A stretch of 62,392 nt of DNA, the filler included. It is 7 parts of 7 records of this genome, joined end to end, with 100 filler letters (N's around TTAATTAATTAA, not from the genome) between each part and the next. Parts side by side here need not be neighbours in the genome. Positions count along the whole stretch, not along the records: positions 49,032 to 56,685 come from SRR31147125_11968; positions 56,786 to 62,392 come from SRR31147125_11982; 5 more parts are not named here. One strand, given 5' to 3'. Positions 50,724 to 61,206 of this stretch are shown piece by piece. The stretch's first letter is position 1; the number at the start of each line of letters is the position of its first letter. The notes beneath the pieces are model-generated. The model made no database searches, was not told where the DNA came from, and worked only from the letters and a program-made list of their open reading frames with translations. The translations under genes were made by a program, and so were the position numbers.

Positions 50724-51655
50724 CTATTCACTCTCTTTGTTGTCAAAAAGTCGTAGTCTGCTGATGATATTGGCGTGGCAGTAATCGTTGCAGGCGTCTA
50801 GAAAACTCTCTTCCTTCTTTTTGAGCCCCACCATGATCAGCTGGACGCAAAGTGCGGCAATCAGGGCAATCAGTGTGGTGTCAAAGGCAACGGAAAGCCC
50901 TGAGGTGATTTCCTGAAGCGAGAGTTTAAGCTGCCCTAATCCTTCCCCTTCCGTCTGCACCAACACCGATCCAAAGCTTCCGATGGCCCTGGAGAGTCCC
51001 AGCACGGTGCCGATAAATCCCAATACCGGAATGGCCCAGACAAATCCCCGAACCAATCCATAGCTGGACTCCATTCGGTCTTCATCATTTTGCGCCTGGG
51101 TCGTCAGTACGGTGGAGAGATCGGCCACCATCCCCATGTTTTGAAGGTTGGATAGTGCCCGCTCGATGCGGTTGAGCAGAACGAAATATTTGGGATCATC
51201 CACCAATCCGTACATACGGGAGAGGATGTCTTTGGCGCTTTCCGGTGTCAGTTCGAAGGAAAGGCTTTGTGGAACCACCATCAGGGTCAAGACCCGTTTT
51301 TGAAACAACAGTTTCCGCCATTTGACAAAGAGAATCGATAACGACCAGAAGGTAAAAAATAAAATGACGTAGGGCGTCACTCCCCGGTTAAGAAATATGG
51401 CATTGAATGAATTGTCGGCGTCGGAAGAATCGGACAATGCTTGAAAAAAACCACTGTGGGAAAAGGGAAACCATGACGCATCCGACACCATGCCCGTCAA
51501 CAACAAAATTCCGTAAAACAGACACGTGAGGCAAAGTCCGAAAAAAGGGTTAACGTGACATTCACATCGGTATATCTCCCTCCGGTGACGCCGAGCCGCT
51601 CTTCAAAATCAGCCTTTTCCCATTGAAGAAGTTTGACAAACCCCTCTTTTTCCAT
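50724..51655 (-). CDS. MotA/TolQ/ExbB proton-channel protein, frameshifted at the homopolymer 51541-51546
   Basis: WAIPVLGFIGTVLGL and GLSVAFDTTL; upstream ATG at 51655 with GAGG RBS joins the ORF if one base is added. Confidence 0.85.
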
Positions 51656-51751
51656 TTACGCCCTCACGTATCTTTGCTGTGCTTTTTTTGATTCTCTCAC
51701 AAAACGTCCGGATCAGATATGGGAGTATCAGCAATCGATTTGCCGGAATGA

Positions 51752-54700
51752 TTATTCCACCGACCGCACATTAACGGGCCATACCAAAGGCCAGTCATCA
51801 TTGGTTTCTCCATTTACTGATGAAAATGTGCGCTCCACTCTTTCCTTTCCTTTTATATTCCCCATGATGGAGTCGAGGACTTCCCGTGTTGTATTGGCGT
51901 CATATGGGGCGAACAAGGGCTCGCCCGGAAGATATTCTCCATGCGCCCTGAAGGTCACGGTCTGTCCAAATCGTTTCTCCTGACTCACAAATATTTGAGG
52001 CGTTGACGCCGATCCGTTACCGGCTCTGACGACCCACACCTCTGCCGGGGTCGTACCGGTGTTGAATCGAAGCGCCCGGCTCCCTTCTCCCCCTTCAGGG
52101 TCGACAAATCCCACCCACCGGGGCAGCCTTCTCATGGCGATCTCACGGAGTTTCAATCGCGCCTGGAACATTCCGACCGTGTCCTTCAATTTAAAATGGA
52201 TCTTGAGAATCTCCTGGGCTTTTCTACTCTCCATTTTGTATTTTCTATGGGCCGTGCAAAGCCAATTCACTTCGGATCTTTCAATGAAGTCCTGAAATTC
52301 ATGGTGCATCGTTGCAAATGCCGGGATATTTTGCCGCCCGGCCAGGGTCTGAAGAGATTTGAGTAGAAAGTTGATTAAATGAAGCTTTAAAATCGGTGGG
52401 ACCTTTTTATTGTCCTGACGGGAGATTGCGTTCATTTCCGTAAGCACGGTCTGCACCCCTGGTTCATACAACAGTCGATCCAGCATTCGCTGCACCGGAT
52501 CGCAATGGGGCATTTTCCGTAAGCCTTGCGCATGAACGGTAATCACGCTGTTTGCCTCGAACGCCGGCTCGATCTCATCCGGAGATACGGGATAGGCAAT
52601 CCCGCTGTAAGACAGGATACCGTCAATGAATTCCCGGGTCGGCTCCCCTTGGAAATACCATTTTTGGGGGAATTGATTGGGTTTTTTTACCGTGCAGACC
52701 CACAAATCCGTAAACCGGGGGGTTCGTTCCATTTTCCGCAATTCATCCTTGAGCTCATCCATATGCAAATTGACGTTATGATTCATGGCAGATATTTGAG
52801 TGGACAACACCTCCCAAAACGGATTTCCGATGGTGTCGTTTCGGGCTGGATCAACGATAAGTGCTTGATAAACGGATGAGAACGTCAAAACAGGTGCCGC
52901 AGCATGAGATACCGGGTCATCGGGGAAATTTTTTGTGAATTGTTCCAGAGTCGTTAAATAACGATTCAATGAACCGGCTGAGCCGGCATCCTGAAGCGCC
53001 TGAATGCCCTGTTTGCGTTTGTTTCGGGCCTCTTTCATGCGATCCAGTCTCTCTACGAAAGACGTCAGCGTCGCTCTCATATCTTCTCGAACCAAGGATA
53101 AGTGTAACGGCTCAGTCTGTTTCAGTAATGCTTCAATGGAAGCAAATGGTGCGGCTCCCCCTCATTTGCTGCGACCCTCTTGTTGGTTCCGGTATTTGCT
53201 GCAGAACCATCAGTACCCTCCTCACCTTTTTCCCGGGTTTCAAGATCTGCCTCCCGTCCTTTTTCGAGTCCATTTTTTGATACGGTTTTAAATTCCTTCT
53301 CAAGCCCATCGAGAATGGCGGCCAGCACTTTTTCATCTTCCGCCTTCATGATCACTTTTTTCTCATTCCATTGATTCAGAACCTTTTGAAGACGCTGTTT
53401 ATCGTCCGGCCCTACCGCATTTTCCTTTTCCTTTGCATCGTTAAACAGCGCATCAACAGCTTCAAGTGAAAGCCCTGGAAATTCCAGCACAGCCATCTCT
53501 TCCAACCGGATCATCGTACTTTGAAATGAGCGCTTTTTCTCATTTAGAAGCGTTTCCAACGCAGTCACATGCTTCTCTGAGCGTTGAATCTCACGATCAT
53601 TGAAAAGAAAACCGTATCCATCGGCCATTTCCCCTGCGATTGATTTCAATCGCGGCAAATTTTCTGCTTGAACCGCATCATTCATGGATGCGATCAGATC
53701 CGATTTCACGGATCTGTAATGAAGAAAAACAACAAAGAGAACAATTGAAAGAGCTATCCCGGAAAGGATCAATAGATTTCGACGCCGCTTTCTTGTTTTA
53801 AGGGCCTCTCGTGCTTTTCCGGCATCATCCATGACAGCTTGAATTTTATTTTCCACCCCCTCGGGAATCGGTTGATCGAATCTTCGCAACTCTTGAAACA
53901 GCTCCCCAAGTCCCTGATCCGTATGATGGGCGATCTTCTCATCGATTTGAGAAAGAATGTCGGCTCTGGCTTTTTGATCATTAAACGCCCGAACCCGCTC
54001 GCGATACCACTTCATGGCTCGCTCGTAGCGCTCATACTCCTGAACTTTGGTCTCATCTTTCTTAAAATATCGACTCTTTTCCAGATGCTGCAATTGCGTT
54101 ACCGCCCGGCCCAAAGCCTCTGCATCTTCCACAATATAGGCATCACCGATTTTCTGAAGGACCTTGGCCGTCTCTTTTTGAATATCCAAGATCAGCTGGG
54201 TTTCCAGATAATTTTCGGTTTCCGATATCAGTCCCGGCTCTACGGGAATCTGCCATTTCTGCTTCAACTCGACAATACATCTTGCAATCCCCTCGAGATC
54301 GTTTTCTTTTTTCAGGCGAGCCAGCTCCCCTGGAATCTGCCGGTATCGATAGGTCTCAAACTCCATGAGCTGAGTTTTCCAACCGGGATGATCCGGATCG
54401 ATCTTGGCAATCTTCCGGAGCAGGGCCGTACATTGAGCGGCATTGCCGAGGTTGTTGGCGCGCCGAAGTGGATCCAGATACGGTGCCAACTTCTTTTCGA
54501 TGATCATTCGTCCCTTGATCTGTTCCCAGGCCTCCCGAAGTAACAAATCCGGCACCTGCCATCCCTTCTCACGACATAAATCCGCCCATCCTGCGGCTTC
54601 GATGTCTGCCATTTCCTCACACAACGGGAGCAACGGGGGAGATTGCCGAGCCGAAGAAAGCGCCTGGGAAGTCAAGCCTTTTTGAATAAAATCGCTGCAC

Positions 54701-54834
54701 ACTCTCAGTCGGTCGTTGAGGGTCTGACACTGCCCGGCATAGATATTTGCCATCATGGCGGGGTCATGGGTGTCGCTGGTGCCTCCGGCGTCAATGATCT
54801 TTCTGACAATTTTAAAGATATCGGTCATTTTCAT
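51752..54834 (-). CDS. Large (~1030 aa) helical single-TM protein, split at the homopolymer 53157-53161
   Basis: One extra base joins the two ORFs (...NEGGAAPFASIEALLKQTEPLHLSLVREDM...); RKRRR followed by a TM helix. Confidence 0.7.
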
Positions 54835-54901
54835 GGCAGTGTCACTATATTTACTATTTGAAGTTCCAGTTGGATTTCGATCATCGCTATTGAAGGAAAG
54901 C

Positions 54902-56685
54902 TCACTGAACGATAATTAATGGAATCTCTTTTCCCTGGTGGGGAGAGGTGATGGCGATGCGGTCAAATGAATATAAATAATGATGATCTTCACCCTGATC
55001 AACACCATCCTCATCCCCTGGCTTTGCGTGTTCCGGGACATGCAACACTTCAAGATCAAAGATATATTGATCTTGACTCTCGATGCTATCCTCTTGTTTC
55101 TCATGATTAGTGATTATCCCTGACAACGGCAGTCCATCCGGAATATTCCATTGATCTCCATGACGGTACTCGATGGTTCCCGTCACCGCTTTATTTTTCC
55201 AAAGAGATAAAAACAGCGGAAACAGTGTCGAATGCTCCGGGCCTATGATGATCTGAAAACGATTTGCCCAAACAAAGGACTGCTGAAGTTCGACGTCTGA
55301 TGCCTCACTGGATACCGGATTGTCTACCGGCAGCCTCTCTTTTTTCCAAACCAGTGCCGAACGATCCAATCGAACGGGAGCACTCCAGATGATGCGTCCT
55401 TTACTATTGTAAGGATCATCAAAATACAGCGCGGAATAATTATCCGGCCGGTAGAGAGAGAGTTTGAGTATTGTTTTTCGGTGGACATTATGAGAAGAGA
55501 GATACCCTACCCTTTGAAATTTTCCCATGGCTGTTTCATAGACCATATCCCAATTACGGGTATCCATGGTGACCGGCTCTTCAATACGCACCGGGAACTC
55601 ATCTCCAAGAGTCGTCATGACCAGACATTCAAGTGCTCCAAAATCAGTCTTTTCTCCACGGTTTAGTTTTATTGTTATACGATCATCGTTTCCATAAAAA
55701 TAAAGATCGATTTCATGCTTTTCAGTGCTCTTTCCATTTTCCGTCTCTTTTCTCTTTGTTAAAGGCGTTTCTTCTTTATCAACCCGTTCTACGGCATTGG
55801 AACCTGCATTGATTGGCTGGTTGATTTCCATCTTTTCCATCTTATCAATAGATGACGCCACGCTCTCATTGCCGGCCTTCGTCAACTCTTTCCGAACTGG
55901 AGTACTGTTTTTAAATTCTTTTTTTTCTAAATTTTCATGATGTTGAATTTTATTCATCATCATGAAAATAAAACCAATTAAAAGCATCGAAAGAGCAATT
56001 CCAGCCCAAAACAATGAAGATTTTTTCCCTACCGTACGCTTTAGACTCTCGGCATCCGTCTGAACCTTAAATTCAACAGACTCATCAGCATCATTTTGAG
56101 TGTCAATCTTAGCTGACTCTTCAATTTTTATGTTTGAGACATCTCTTTTTTCTCTTTCCGACCCAGTTAATTCTTTCCGATCATCTTTTTGCCAAAGATC
56201 AATTAAATTGTCTTGAAATGCGTTAATCGATACATTTCCAGAGACGGTTTGATTCTCAAGATCCACCACAAGGGCGTCGGGATAATTGGCTATTGCGGCA
56301 TCCCCCTTTGAGTCAATGGCACAACATCGCCATAGACAATCGGAATCCATGGGCTTTGTTGTAAAATAGGTAGAAAACGTGATGTTCCATCTTTTTTCCG
56401 GAGGAATGTAAGACTGGGCCTCGGAAATGAGCGTCAAACAGATTTGGGAGCTGATGGACTCCGCGTGTAAAGCGTCACGATCTGTTTCATGGTCTTTTGG
56501 AAATGGAAAAGATGACGAAAAACTTGTCTGGGGAATTGACTCCGGGGGGGGGAAATAGCGACCGGGTTGGGTTAAAACGAATAAATGATGGAATATGGGG
56601 ACGTTCCAGGGCTCGTTGGGCAAAATGGCGGGCGACCTGAGCGCTTACCTCACCCTCCAGCCCCCTCTCCATGAATGGAGAGGGG
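54902..56685 (-). CDS. GAP1-M-like domain, TM helix and periplasmic domain (5' partial, frameshift at G9 56544-56552)
   Basis: LISEAQSYIPPEKRWNITFSTYFT......CLWRC resembles the GTPase-associated protein 1 middle domain. Confidence 0.6.
56648..56685. repeat. REP-like palindromic element
   Basis: CCTCACCCTCCAGC then CCCCTCTCCAT gaa TGGAGAGGGG hairpin at the contig end. Confidence 0.65.
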
Positions 56686-56785
56686 NNNNNNNNNNNNNNN
56701 NNNNNNNNNNNNNNNNNNNNNNNNNNNNNTTAATTAATTAANNNNNNNNNNNNNNNNNNNNNNNNNNNNNNNNNNNNNNNNNNNN
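56686..56785. other. Artificial contig spacer
   Basis: N44-TTAATTAATTAA-N44. Confidence 0.98.
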
Positions 56786-57388
56786 AAAAGATTTCTCAAC
56801 TCTGAGCATCCGAAAGTTGAGGAGCATTTCGGCATTATCAATGAAGAGATTCAGCGATCGCAAAAAATAATTACCAATTTGCTGGATTTTTCCCGTAAAT
56901 CGGCTGTCGATCGGGCGGAAATCAATATTATTGCCATTCTTGAACAAACCTTCGCTCTTGTTCAAAAAGAATTGTCCAACAGGCAAATTGTAATAAAAAC
57001 AGAATTTTCTAACGTTAAAACTTGTTATGTTAATCCAGATGACATGAAACAGATATATTTGAATCTCATTCTCAATGCAAAAGATGCTATGCCCGAAGGT
57101 GGTACGCTTTTAGTAAGGACCCGAATGGAGGATGAGGATATTGTTATTGTCGAATTTATTGATACAGGGTCAGGGGTTCCTGAAGAAATTCAAAGCAAAA
57201 TCTTTGATCCATTTTTTACAGCCAATAAAGAGGGTAAAGGTGTTGGTATTGGCCTTTCTATTGTTCATTCGGCAATACAAAGAAATAAAGGATTTATTAC
57301 ATTTAAATCTATAGATGGAGAGGGTTCTACCTTTATTCTTGGATTACCAGTGTATAAAGTTAAGAAACTGGCTATCGATATTTTATAA
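56786..57388 (+). CDS. NtrB-type sensor histidine kinase (5' partial)
   Basis: LLDFSR; QIYLNLILNAKDAM; DTGSG; FDPFFT; GVGIGL. Confidence 0.92.
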   Translation, partial: KRFLNSEHPKVEEHFGIINEEIQRSQKIITNLLDFSRKSAVDRAEINIIAILEQTFALVQKELSNRQIVIKTEFSNVKTCYVNPDDMKQIYLNLILNAKDAMPEGGTLLVRTRMEDEDIVIVEFIDTGSGVPEEIQSKIFDPFFTANKEGKGVGIGLSIVHSAIQRNKGFITFKSIDGEGSTFILGLPVYKVKKLAIDIL

Positions 57389-57463
57389 AACATGTTTTCC
57401 CAAACATTCCATCTATTTCAGGAAATTTATAAGTTTCTAATCAATTACATAAGGAACATTTCC

Positions 57464-58828
57464 ATGGCAGAAATAACACCTAAAATACTGTTGGTCGATG
57501 ATGAGGAGAATTGTTTACGCGCGATTAAAGATGTATTGGATCTCGAAGGTATAGGTTGTATAACTGCGAACAGTGGATCAAAGGGCCTTGATTATTTTGA
57601 ACGATATGAAGTCAATATCGTTATTACAGATGTTAAAATGCCAGGCATGACAGGACTTGAATTATTAAAACAAATAAAAAGAAGGCGCCCGAATACATAC
57701 GTATTAATGTTAACAGGCTATGGTTCTATCAATGAAGCTGTTACGTCTATGAAAATGGGGGCCCATCAGTACATAATGAAGCCCGTTATAATGGAAGATT
57801 TACTCGCCCAAATAAAAGACATTTTGAGCAAACTGGAAACTTTTGACGCGCATTCTCCCCTGGAAAAACTGGCAGATTTTCTACCACAGGGAAAAACTCT
57901 ACTGGGAAAATCCATCCGAATTAAAAATGTTGGAAAATTGATTAGTAAAATCGCTAATACGGATCTCCCGGTTCTCATTTTAGGAGAAAGTGGAACCGGA
58001 AAAGAATTGGCTGCCACCGCTATTCATTATGCCAGTGATAGAAGTAATAAAAGATTCATTGCTATAAATTGTGCTGCTTTTCCAGATACTCTTTTAGAGA
58101 GCGAGTTGTTTGGCTACAAAAAAGGAGCCTTTACAGATGCAAAAACATCAAAGCGAGGCAAGATTGAAGAAGCGGATGGAGGAACTCTTTTCCTGGATGA
58201 AATAGGTGATATGAAACCATCTATGCAGGCAAAATTGTTACGAGTTTTAGAGGAACATGAATTTGAAAGATTGGGCTCAAATGATACCCAAAAAGTGGAT
58301 ATACGTGTTATTTCAGCTACCAACCAGGATTTGAGACAGGCATTGAGCGAGGGATTGTTCCGAGCTGATCTCTATTATCGCTTAAACGCTGTTAATCTGG
58401 TGATGCCATCACTGCAAGAAATTCCGGAAGATATTCCTATTCTTGCCAATCATTATGCCAAAGAGTTCGCTAAAAAATTTGATCGACAAGTACCACAGAT
58501 TTCCGATGAGGTTATTAATGCACTTATGAATTATCACTGGCCTGGAAATGTCAGGGAGCTGGCAAATTCCATCCGACGGGCCGTTGCTTTGTGTGATGGA
58601 AAAATTATTCAGGTTTTTGATTTACCGTCGCATATATCCTCTGCTGAAGTCAGAACAACGACTGAAAAACGAGTTAAGGAAAAATCCCTTCTTATCGCTG
58701 ATGTAGAAAGAGAGCATATCCTGCATGTATTGGGATTAACAGATGGGAATAAAAGTATGGCTGCAACGACCCTGGGCATTCACAGAGATACACTCTTGCG
58801 TAAATTAAAAAAGTATGGGATTAATTAG
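57464..58828 (+). CDS. Sigma54-dependent response regulator (NtrC/AtoC family)
   Basis: Receiver domain, GESGTGKE, ESELFG.KKGAFTDA, LFLDEIG, WPGNVREL, Fis-type HTH. Confidence 0.95.
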   Translation: MAEITPKILLVDDEENCLRAIKDVLDLEGIGCITANSGSKGLDYFERYEVNIVITDVKMPGMTGLELLKQIKRRRPNTYVLMLTGYGSINEAVTSMKMGAHQYIMKPVIMEDLLAQIKDILSKLETFDAHSPLEKLADFLPQGKTLLGKSIRIKNVGKLISKIANTDLPVLILGESGTGKELAATAIHYASDRSNKRFIAINCAAFPDTLLESELFGYKKGAFTDAKTSKRGKIEEADGGTLFLDEIGDMKPSMQAKLLRVLEEHEFERLGSNDTQKVDIRVISATNQDLRQALSEGLFRADLYYRLNAVNLVMPSLQEIPEDIPILANHYAKEFAKKFDRQVPQISDEVINALMNYHWPGNVRELANSIRRAVALCDGKIIQVFDLPSHISSAEVRTTTEKRVKEKSLLIADVEREHILHVLGLTDGNKSMAATTLGIHRDTLLRKLKKYGIN

Positions 58829-58832
58829 ATGG

Positions 58833-58946
58833 TGTCGTAAAATTCTGCATTAATGTAAAATACGACATAAATATAACACTTTCATAAGTTCATGTAAAAT
58901 AATGTCATATGCAGTATTGATGTGTAAGGTGTAGTAAAATACTGCA
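58833..58946. promoter_or_regulatory. Candidate enhancer (UAS) sites
   Basis: 17-bp imperfect palindromes TGTCGTAAAATTCTGCA (58833), TAATGTAAAATACGACA (58851) and TGTAGTAAAATACTGCA (58930). Confidence 0.55.
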
Positions 58947-59042
58947 TATTGGCATACATGCTCGTATTTGCAAAAATAAAAAAAGTTTATATAACTATAG
59001 TAATAATAAATTCTTGGGGACGTCGTTTCTTTTCTGGTGATT

Positions 59043-59059
59043 TTGGTACGTTAATTGCT
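59043..59059 (+). promoter_or_regulatory. Sigma54 -24/-12 promoter
   Basis: TTGGTACGTTAATTGCT with correct GG-N10-GC spacing. Confidence 0.7.
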
Positions 59060-59298
59060 CATACATATCCGAATATGACAAGCCTTACGGATGATAAGCT
59101 CTTATATGGGCTGATATTTTGGGGTAACTGGTAAACGAAATCTCTATTTTAATGGATTGAATTGTCAAAGCCCCTTTATTTTTGATTTTTCTCAAAACAT
59201 GAGCTGATGTTATCCGGTTATTTACATCCATAGCACATTAAAAGTTTTGATCCTTTTCATTGAGAAGGATTCATCTTAATTTCCATACACCTGACACA

Positions 59299-59581
59299 GG
59301 ATTAGGGAAGGCACCTCGAAATAAGTATTTGTTTGATTCTTATTTCGAGTATATGAAGAAAACTCATCCCAAATTCTTCAAAAAAATATAGCCTTTCCTA
59401 ATCCACTTCTATTCGACTGAATTCCCCGGCGTTGTTCTTAAAATTTTTCAAGTTATGTGGCTCCTTTTAAAGGGGTGATAGTTCTGCGAGGCAACTCTTG
59501 TAAAGCCATGTGTCCTGGCATCTTGGTTACTCTTAATCAAATGGTAGAGCATCTGTCTTTTCCAACTATCACCCTTTTTTT
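59299..59581. ncRNA. Candidate structured non-coding RNA (strand uncertain)
   Basis: Two multibranch stems (59299-59404 and 59473-59574) in an ORF-less region. Confidence 0.35.
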
Positions 59582-59748
59582 ATGATATTTTCGAAAAAAT
59601 AAAAATATCATAAAAATAACTTGCAATTTTTCTTAATTACAGTTACTTTTTTATGGGTGTAAATTTAATTGGAAGGCTGGTAATAAATTGTTGGGACCGG
59701 CTTTATCTTGTTGTGTGGGGTGGTTTGTGGAGGATATTTGTGGTGGAT

Positions 59749-60348
59749 ATGAGCAACTTTAGACAGGCATTTGGATCGAAGAATAGTTCTGGATTTTTAT
59801 TTTTATCGTTACATCTTTTTTTACTCACCTATACAGTATTTGCCCTGGAACCGGGGATGTCAGCAAATATGACTCAATCAGATATGAAATCAAATAAAGT
59901 CCGTATTCAGAAAAAAGCGGCTCAATCGGATATTACTTGGCAGGAAAAAAAGACGGACTTGGCTGATATAACATATGGTGATAAAATGCCATCCTGGCTT
60001 GCCGCCCTGGGAAAAAATAAAAAAACGGATTCCGGCAGTACTGTAATCCAGGCTAATAAAAGAGAATCAACCTATATTTCTGAAATATTGAAATCTCATA
60101 ATGAGGAAATCCAGAGCTGTTATGCACAACAATTAAAGATCAATCCTGAAATTAAAGGCAAAATTGACGTACGCATTTTTATCAAACAGGATGGTTACGT
60201 TAAGGATGTCAAAGTTGTAGAGACCACGATTACATCTCAGGATTTCGAACAGCTCGTCATTGATAAAATGAAACGCTGGAATAATTTCGGAACATGTTCT
60301 GATAAAAAAATTAAAGTTTATCGACAAGAATATGTTTTTGAAAATTAG
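59749..60348 (+). CDS. AgmX/PglI-type (TonB C-terminal-like) domain protein
   Basis: IQSCYAQQLKINPEIKGKI.VRI.I..DG.V..V; N-terminal hydrophobic segment; start uncertain (59653-59749). Confidence 0.7.
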   Translation: MSNFRQAFGSKNSSGFLFLSLHLFLLTYTVFALEPGMSANMTQSDMKSNKVRIQKKAAQSDITWQEKKTDLADITYGDKMPSWLAALGKNKKTDSGSTVIQANKRESTYISEILKSHNEEIQSCYAQQLKINPEIKGKIDVRIFIKQDGYVKDVKVVETTITSQDFEQLVIDKMKRWNNFGTCSDKKIKVYRQEYVFEN

Positions 60349-60535
60349 TGTTTGTTAAGGCTTGTCCCCAAAGGCATTTCCTGAATTTTAGGATAATAAA
60401 AATGTTTCCAGCCATTTTTGCTCTTGATTTAAAATAAAAACATATTATATTCACATAGATACATATCACCTCGGCGACACCTTCCATATATATTCTAAAG
60501 TGATTTTCCGTCAAGCATGAAAATAAAAGGCCAAT

Positions 60536-61171
60536 ATGAGTCAGGAATTTACCAGAAAAATTATTGATTTGCTAAATCAAAAGACGCCGGATCCTCGCGT
60601 TGAGCTGGAATTCTCGAATGCTTTCGAGTTGCTAATTGCGACTATTCTGGCGGCTCAGTGTACGGATGCTCGAGTCAATATGGTGACCAGGACGTTTTTT
60701 AAAGAATATCCAAAGCCTGAAAAACTTGCTAACGCGAATTCTGACGTTATTGCCGAGAAAATTAAATCAACTGGTTTTTATCGGAATAAAGCCAAAGCTC
60801 TCATCGCTTGTTGTCAACAACTGATTAAAGTGTATGATGGGCACGTACCAGAAACCCTGGAAGAACTTGCCAGTTTACCTGGTGTTGGGCGAAAAACTGG
60901 CAATGTGATCGTTGGCATCGCTTTTAACAAACCTGCTATAATAGTGGATACCCATGTCAAGCGTGTCACCGGAAGACTGGGCTTGACAACGTCTGCCAAG
61001 CCTGATAAAATTGAACAAGACCTGATGAAAGTTGTTGATAAAGATTCCTGGACATTGTTTAGCCAGCTTGTTGTATTACATGGACGCTATGTCTGTAAAG
61101 CTCGTAATCCAAAGTGCGTTGAATGTGTCCTGTATGATATTTGCCCCTGGAATGAAAAAGCTCAAAAGTAG
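60536..61171 (+). CDS. nth: Endonuclease III
   Basis: LLIATILAAQCTD; LPGVGRKT; VDTHV; C-X6-C-X2-C-X5-C. Confidence 0.97.
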   Translation: MSQEFTRKIIDLLNQKTPDPRVELEFSNAFELLIATILAAQCTDARVNMVTRTFFKEYPKPEKLANANSDVIAEKIKSTGFYRNKAKALIACCQQLIKVYDGHVPETLEELASLPGVGRKTGNVIVGIAFNKPAIIVDTHVKRVTGRLGLTTSAKPDKIEQDLMKVVDKDSWTLFSQLVVLHGRYVCKARNPKCVECVLYDICPWNEKAQK

Positions 61172-61206
61172 GTGCTTTTACAATAACAAATAATTAAAGG
61201 CAAAAT

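Noticed and set aside
58123-58140. GAFTDA instead of GAFTGA as a sign of a sigma54-independent activator
   Set aside because: GAFTDA is a common natural variant, and a good sigma54 promoter lies downstream.
58949-58965. Second sigma54 promoter TTGGCATACATGC
   Set aside because: The GG-to-GC spacing is not 10 nt.
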